A stretch of 46,784 nucleotides of DNA from a virus (lineage: Duplodnaviria; Caudoviricetes): positions 1 through 46,784 of IMG/VR virus record IMGVR_UViG_3300012942_000011. One strand, given 5' to 3'. The position numbers and the translations under genes are program-made. The stretch's first letter is position 1. Every line of letters starts with the position of its first letter. Below the pieces are notes generated by a model. The model was not told the DNA's origin, searched no databases, and worked only from the letters and a program-made list of their open reading frames with translations. Shown here in pieces: positions 43,820 through 46,784 of this stretch.

Positions 43820-43862
43820 TGTGGATAACTCAGTTGTGTTTAGTACGATAATTTCATATATT
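43820..43862 (+). promoter_or_regulatory. DnaA-box promoter P5
   Basis: TGTGGATAA-5nt-TTGTGT-17nt-TATATT; hairpin GGGTG/CACCC at the predicted +1. Confidence 0.72.
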
Positions 43863-43905
43863 TATCGTATGGGTGAGATTAACACCCGACTAAATCACAA
43901 CTTTT

Positions 43906-44088
43906 ATGACAATCCAATACTATCGCAAAAACGTATACGGTAACGAGGTGATGTACATTGCAGACGAACATATCGCCTACTATGTAAATCAGCTTACTAA
44001 TCGTGTAACGATGACAGGTTCCGATATGTTTGCTCTTAGCAAGCTTGGGTTCGAGTTTGAGGAAGTACTAGCACCTAAGGCAGCGTAG
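43906..44088 (+). CDS. Hypothetical phage protein
   Basis: KNVYGNEVMY...LSKLGFEFEEV. Confidence 0.7.
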   Translation: MTIQYYRKNVYGNEVMYIADEHIAYYVNQLTNRVTMTGSDMFALSKLGFEFEEVLAPKAA

Positions 44089-44089
44089 T

Positions 44090-44377
44090 ATGGAAACTAT
44101 CACTAAGCCTCACAACCCTTTCACGGGAACTGTTTACTCAGGTGAGAATCTATATCGGCTTTCTGGTAATCCTTGTAAAGAATGGGCAACCTTTCTTCAG
44201 TGGAGCCAGAATGGTTTTAAGATAAAGAAAGGACAGAAAGGAACTCTTGTCACTCGGTTCATTCGTGAACAGAAGAAGAACAAGACTACTGGGAAGTTCG
44301 AGGAGGTCGAATCTATCCGTAACTATACAGTCTTCAACCGTACTCAGGTAGAGGAAAAGGCTGAGGACGATATCTAG
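44090..44377 (+). CDS. ArdC-like ssDNA-binding (anti-restriction N-terminal) domain protein
   Basis: NPFTGTVYSGEN...WATFLQW...KIKKGQKG...YTVFNRTQVE. Confidence 0.82.
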   Translation: METITKPHNPFTGTVYSGENLYRLSGNPCKEWATFLQWSQNGFKIKKGQKGTLVTRFIREQKKNKTTGKFEEVESIRNYTVFNRTQVEEKAEDDI

Positions 44378-44378
44378 T

Positions 44379-44585
44379 ATGGCTATCCGGATGTACGACA
44401 GCAACAAGACAATGGACTACGTCCATCAGTTGCTTAAGAACCGCACTCAGGAAGAGATAGACCACTTCCGCAAAGCAGTTCACGACCTGTTCGACAAGAA
44501 GACCGTATCGGATGAGGGAGAGTATCCTACTTTCCTAATTACTAAGGAGGACGCTGATAATATCTACAAAGAACTTTATGGCTAA
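44379..44585 (+). CDS. Hypothetical protein
   Basis: Coupled ORF. Confidence 0.65.
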   Translation: MAIRMYDSNKTMDYVHQLLKNRTQEEIDHFRKAVHDLFDKKTVSDEGEYPTFLITKEDADNIYKELYG

Positions 44586-44787
44586 GATAGTAAAACAGCA
44601 CCTCCAAGTAGACATCTACGGCAAGTTCGGTTCGGAGTTCAATCGTAGCTTCTTTAACGAAGCACTGAAAGCTACTCTCAATAATCTGATACTGATGTCA
44701 AAGATTGGTAATCAGAAGACTGAAGTATCGTTCATGGTAACTGACGTTCCTATTACAAACCCTAACGATGACCAAAATGTTCAGTAA
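44578..44787 (+). CDS. Hypothetical protein
   Basis: Coupled ORF. Confidence 0.6.
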   Translation: MAKIVKQHLQVDIYGKFGSEFNRSFFNEALKATLNNLILMSKIGNQKTEVSFMVTDVPITNPNDDQNVQ

Positions 44788-44977
44788 CCTATTCAAGAAG
44801 TTTTGGCTCGTTGTAACTCAAGAAGAAGGAACGGATGCAGTAGTTCCCGCAAGAGAAGTATTCGTGGTTCGTGATTACAACGCCTGGAAAGCATTCGATG
44901 CTGTAAAAGCATTCTGCCGTCATCAGAAAGATAAGACCGGCAATCCTTGGCAGGTAGTTAGCATGACGCGCCTATGA
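44768..44977 (+). CDS. Hypothetical protein
   Basis: Coupled ORF. Confidence 0.6.
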   Translation: MTKMFSNLFKKFWLVVTQEEGTDAVVPAREVFVVRDYNAWKAFDAVKAFCRHQKDKTGNPWQVVSMTRL

Positions 44978-45213
44978 TTACTCTTGAGCAAATCGTACCA
45001 AAGTATATGGCCGCCTTCGGCAAGAAGCTTCGAGTACGCGACCTAAACGAGCAAGCAGAGTGTCCTAACTGTAAAGAGATGCCTGGAAAAGTTTATCACG
45101 AAGACGGTTGGGACGACGAAGGCACAAGTCAAGTAGGGAGTATCAAAGATTGTTCGATGTGCGACGGTACAGGGTTCGTGGACGATATACCAGTAACTAT
45201 TGAAGTTCTATGA
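44974..45213 (+). CDS. DnaJ-type Zn-finger-like small protein
   Basis: CPNC...CSMCDGTG. Confidence 0.65.
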   Translation: MITLEQIVPKYMAAFGKKLRVRDLNEQAECPNCKEMPGKVYHEDGWDDEGTSQVGSIKDCSMCDGTGFVDDIPVTIEVL

Positions 45214-46073
45214 AGAAGGAAATACGAGTAGCAGACGAGGAGAAAGGAATCATTCAGGTAACTACCTACGATGAGCGTTGGTACGCAAAGCCTGACACTG
45301 ATAAGAATACTAAGCTCCCGACCTATAAGTTCGTTCCTTCGGTGACTTGGGTTGCTTCGTACTACCCTAAAGGCACTTTCTTCTACAAGTGGCTTGCAGA
45401 GAAAGGTTGGGACGAAGCTGAAGCTATCAAAGTAGCTGCTGGTAACAAGGGCTCTAAAGTCCACCTTGCTATTGCTGATATACTTCTTGGTAAAGAGGTT
45501 CGCATCGATAGCAAGTTCAAGAATCCTAGTACCGGATTCGAAGAGGAACTTACTCTCGAAGAGATAGAGTGCATTCAGTCATTCATCGATTGGAAAGAAG
45601 AGAATCCTGGAGAGGTTATTGCTTTCGAAGTAGCAGTCTTCTCGGACAAGCATAACTTCGCTGGTACTGTTGACTTCATCTATAAGATAGGAGAGGAGTA
45701 CTGGCTGATTGACTTCAAGACCGGGCAGTCAGTATGGGAGGAATCTAAGTTCCAAGTCTCTGCCTATCGTGAGACTATCATCAACGGCGAGAATGGATTC
45801 CAGAAGCTTCCTCCGGGCGTAGACCTCAAGCTCGGTATTCTTCAGCTTGGGTATCGCATGAACAAGAAGCGATTCAAGTTCAATGTGATAGAGCCTGACT
45901 TCGAAGGTTTCTTGCTTGCTCAGAGTCTCTGGAAGCGAGAAGCTGGAAAGCAGACTGTGAATCAGAAAGATTACAAGATAGTTCTTTCGGCAGCACGCGG
46001 AGAGTATGCAGTTCCTGAGCATGACGCAATCGCGCCTGAGTCGAATGACGAGCCTATAACAGAAGCGGTATGA
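45210..46073 (+). CDS. PD-(D/E)XK exonuclease (Cas4/RecB-like)
   Basis: PSVT, GSKVH, E...AGTVD...IDFKTG...QVSAY. Confidence 0.88.
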   Translation: MKKEIRVADEEKGIIQVTTYDERWYAKPDTDKNTKLPTYKFVPSVTWVASYYPKGTFFYKWLAEKGWDEAEAIKVAAGNKGSKVHLAIADILLGKEVRIDSKFKNPSTGFEEELTLEEIECIQSFIDWKEENPGEVIAFEVAVFSDKHNFAGTVDFIYKIGEEYWLIDFKTGQSVWEESKFQVSAYRETIINGENGFQKLPPGVDLKLGILQLGYRMNKKRFKFNVIEPDFEGFLLAQSLWKREAGKQTVNQKDYKIVLSAARGEYAVPEHDAIAPESNDEPITEAV

Positions 46074-46432
46074 GTTTATTCGAACACGAACACGACGAAA
46101 ATTGCGGGCATGATGAGGAAACTCATCGCAGGATGAAGAAGCGGTTTGAAACCTTTATGGAAGATGTCGCAGAGGACCTCTTTACAGAAAAGGACCTTGC
46201 TAACCTCTACATGATTATTCGCTCTAACCTGAAAGAGGCAGGAGCTGGCTCCTCTCTCTCATATCTCAAAGCATTCAGTTCAGGCTTTGAGTTCGGGCAG
46301 TACGCAGCGAACAATCACGGACCTGACAGTATCCAGCTTATCGCGGGCATGAAGCGTATCGCACGCCTCAAGCAGGAGGATATCAAGAACCTTGCTGAAC
46401 AAGCCATGAAGAATAATAACGAAGAAGAATAG
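46070..46432 (+). CDS. Hypothetical protein with His-rich N-terminus
   Basis: EHEHDENCGHD; ATGA overlap. Confidence 0.65.
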   Translation: MSLFEHEHDENCGHDEETHRRMKKRFETFMEDVAEDLFTEKDLANLYMIIRSNLKEAGAGSSLSYLKAFSSGFEFGQYAANNHGPDSIQLIAGMKRIARLKQEDIKNLAEQAMKNNNEEE

Positions 46433-46435
46433 AGT

Positions 46436-46784
46436 ATGGCTACCGACCTCGTATTCAGCATTGGAGATATCGTCAAGTTCGTAGATGTTAATAGCATCGG
46501 TGACGAGATTCCTCCGTTCCAGACGGCTAACGTAGCACCGCAATCAGAGTTCTTGATTCCGAATGACGCTAAGAATAAAGTAGGAAGCGACTACTTTAAG
46601 AACTGGGGTCTTGTTACCTGGGTAGGAAACGGATATTACATTGTTCAGTATTCGGATGTCAATAACACGCTTGTCCGTCTTGCTTTCTCTAAGACTAAGC
46701 TTCAGCTTGTCCGTGAGGAAGGGCACAAGTCAAAGATTGACCTTACGAAGCTTGACCGCATCATTATCGCTCCTGAGACACGCG
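46436..46784 (+). CDS. AAA+ ATPase, 5' part (continues across the circular join to 965; 396 aa total)
   Basis: ATG at 46436 (MATDLVFSIG...) is open and in frame with ORF 198..965 through the repeat. Confidence 0.9.
   Translation, partial: MATDLVFSIGDIVKFVDVNSIGDEIPPFQTANVAPQSEFLIPNDAKNKVGSDYFKNWGLVTWVGNGYYIVQYSDVNNTLVRLAFSKTKLQLVREEGHKSKIDLTKLDRIIIAPETR
46662..46784. repeat. Terminal direct repeat, right copy
   Basis: Exact copy of 1-123 (ataacacgct...gagacacgcg). Confidence 0.97.

Noticed and set aside
31863-43862. CRISPR array or attachment sites from the repeated GTGGATAACT
   Set aside because: Copies are short, kilobases apart and in promoter geometry; no cas genes or integrase
399-46726. 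Minus-strand and nested alternate-frame ORFs in the track
   Set aside because: They lie over well-supported + strand genes or RNAs, lack motifs, and read as antisense shadows
1-46784. Stop-codon reassignment (TAG or TGA read-through)
   Set aside because: Conserved proteins are full length in code 11, and TAG/TGA fall at natural ends followed by new ATGs

Overview
This window appears to be a complete, circularly assembled dsDNA phage genome. The unit length is 46,661 bp: bases 1-123 recur exactly at 46662-46784, and an AAA+ ATPase ORF reads across the join. Essentially all genes are on the + strand in standard code. The virion module looks podovirus-like: terminase, portal, scaffold, major capsid, tail/fibre proteins, ejection proteins, a papain-fold/peptidoglycan-binding endolysin and a holin. 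The genome also carries GroES, four tRNAs, an SSB, several nucleases, ArdC- and ParB-like proteins, and a complete 7-deazaguanine DNA-modification pathway (queE, queD, folE, queC, queF, dpdA) predicted to make dPreQ1. I recognised no polymerase, helicase, primase or integrase. The most striking unannotated signal is five sigma70-type promoters that each carry a DnaA box (TGTGGATAA or TGTGTATAA) exactly 28 nt upstream of the -10 hexamer, together with a phage protein that fuses a Mor/sigma4-like HTH to a DnaA domain IV-like domain. Two of those promoters, plus a sixth with a forward DnaA-like box, drive large, highly base-paired non-coding RNAs of about 280-430 nt. Other oddities are a self-contained small-peptide cassette ending in a 15-nt complement of the 16S rRNA 3' end, tRNAs with non-canonical T-loops, and apparent absence of GATC. 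A Patescibacteria/CPR-type host is a guess only. All calls come from reading motifs by eye, with no database searches or folding software.
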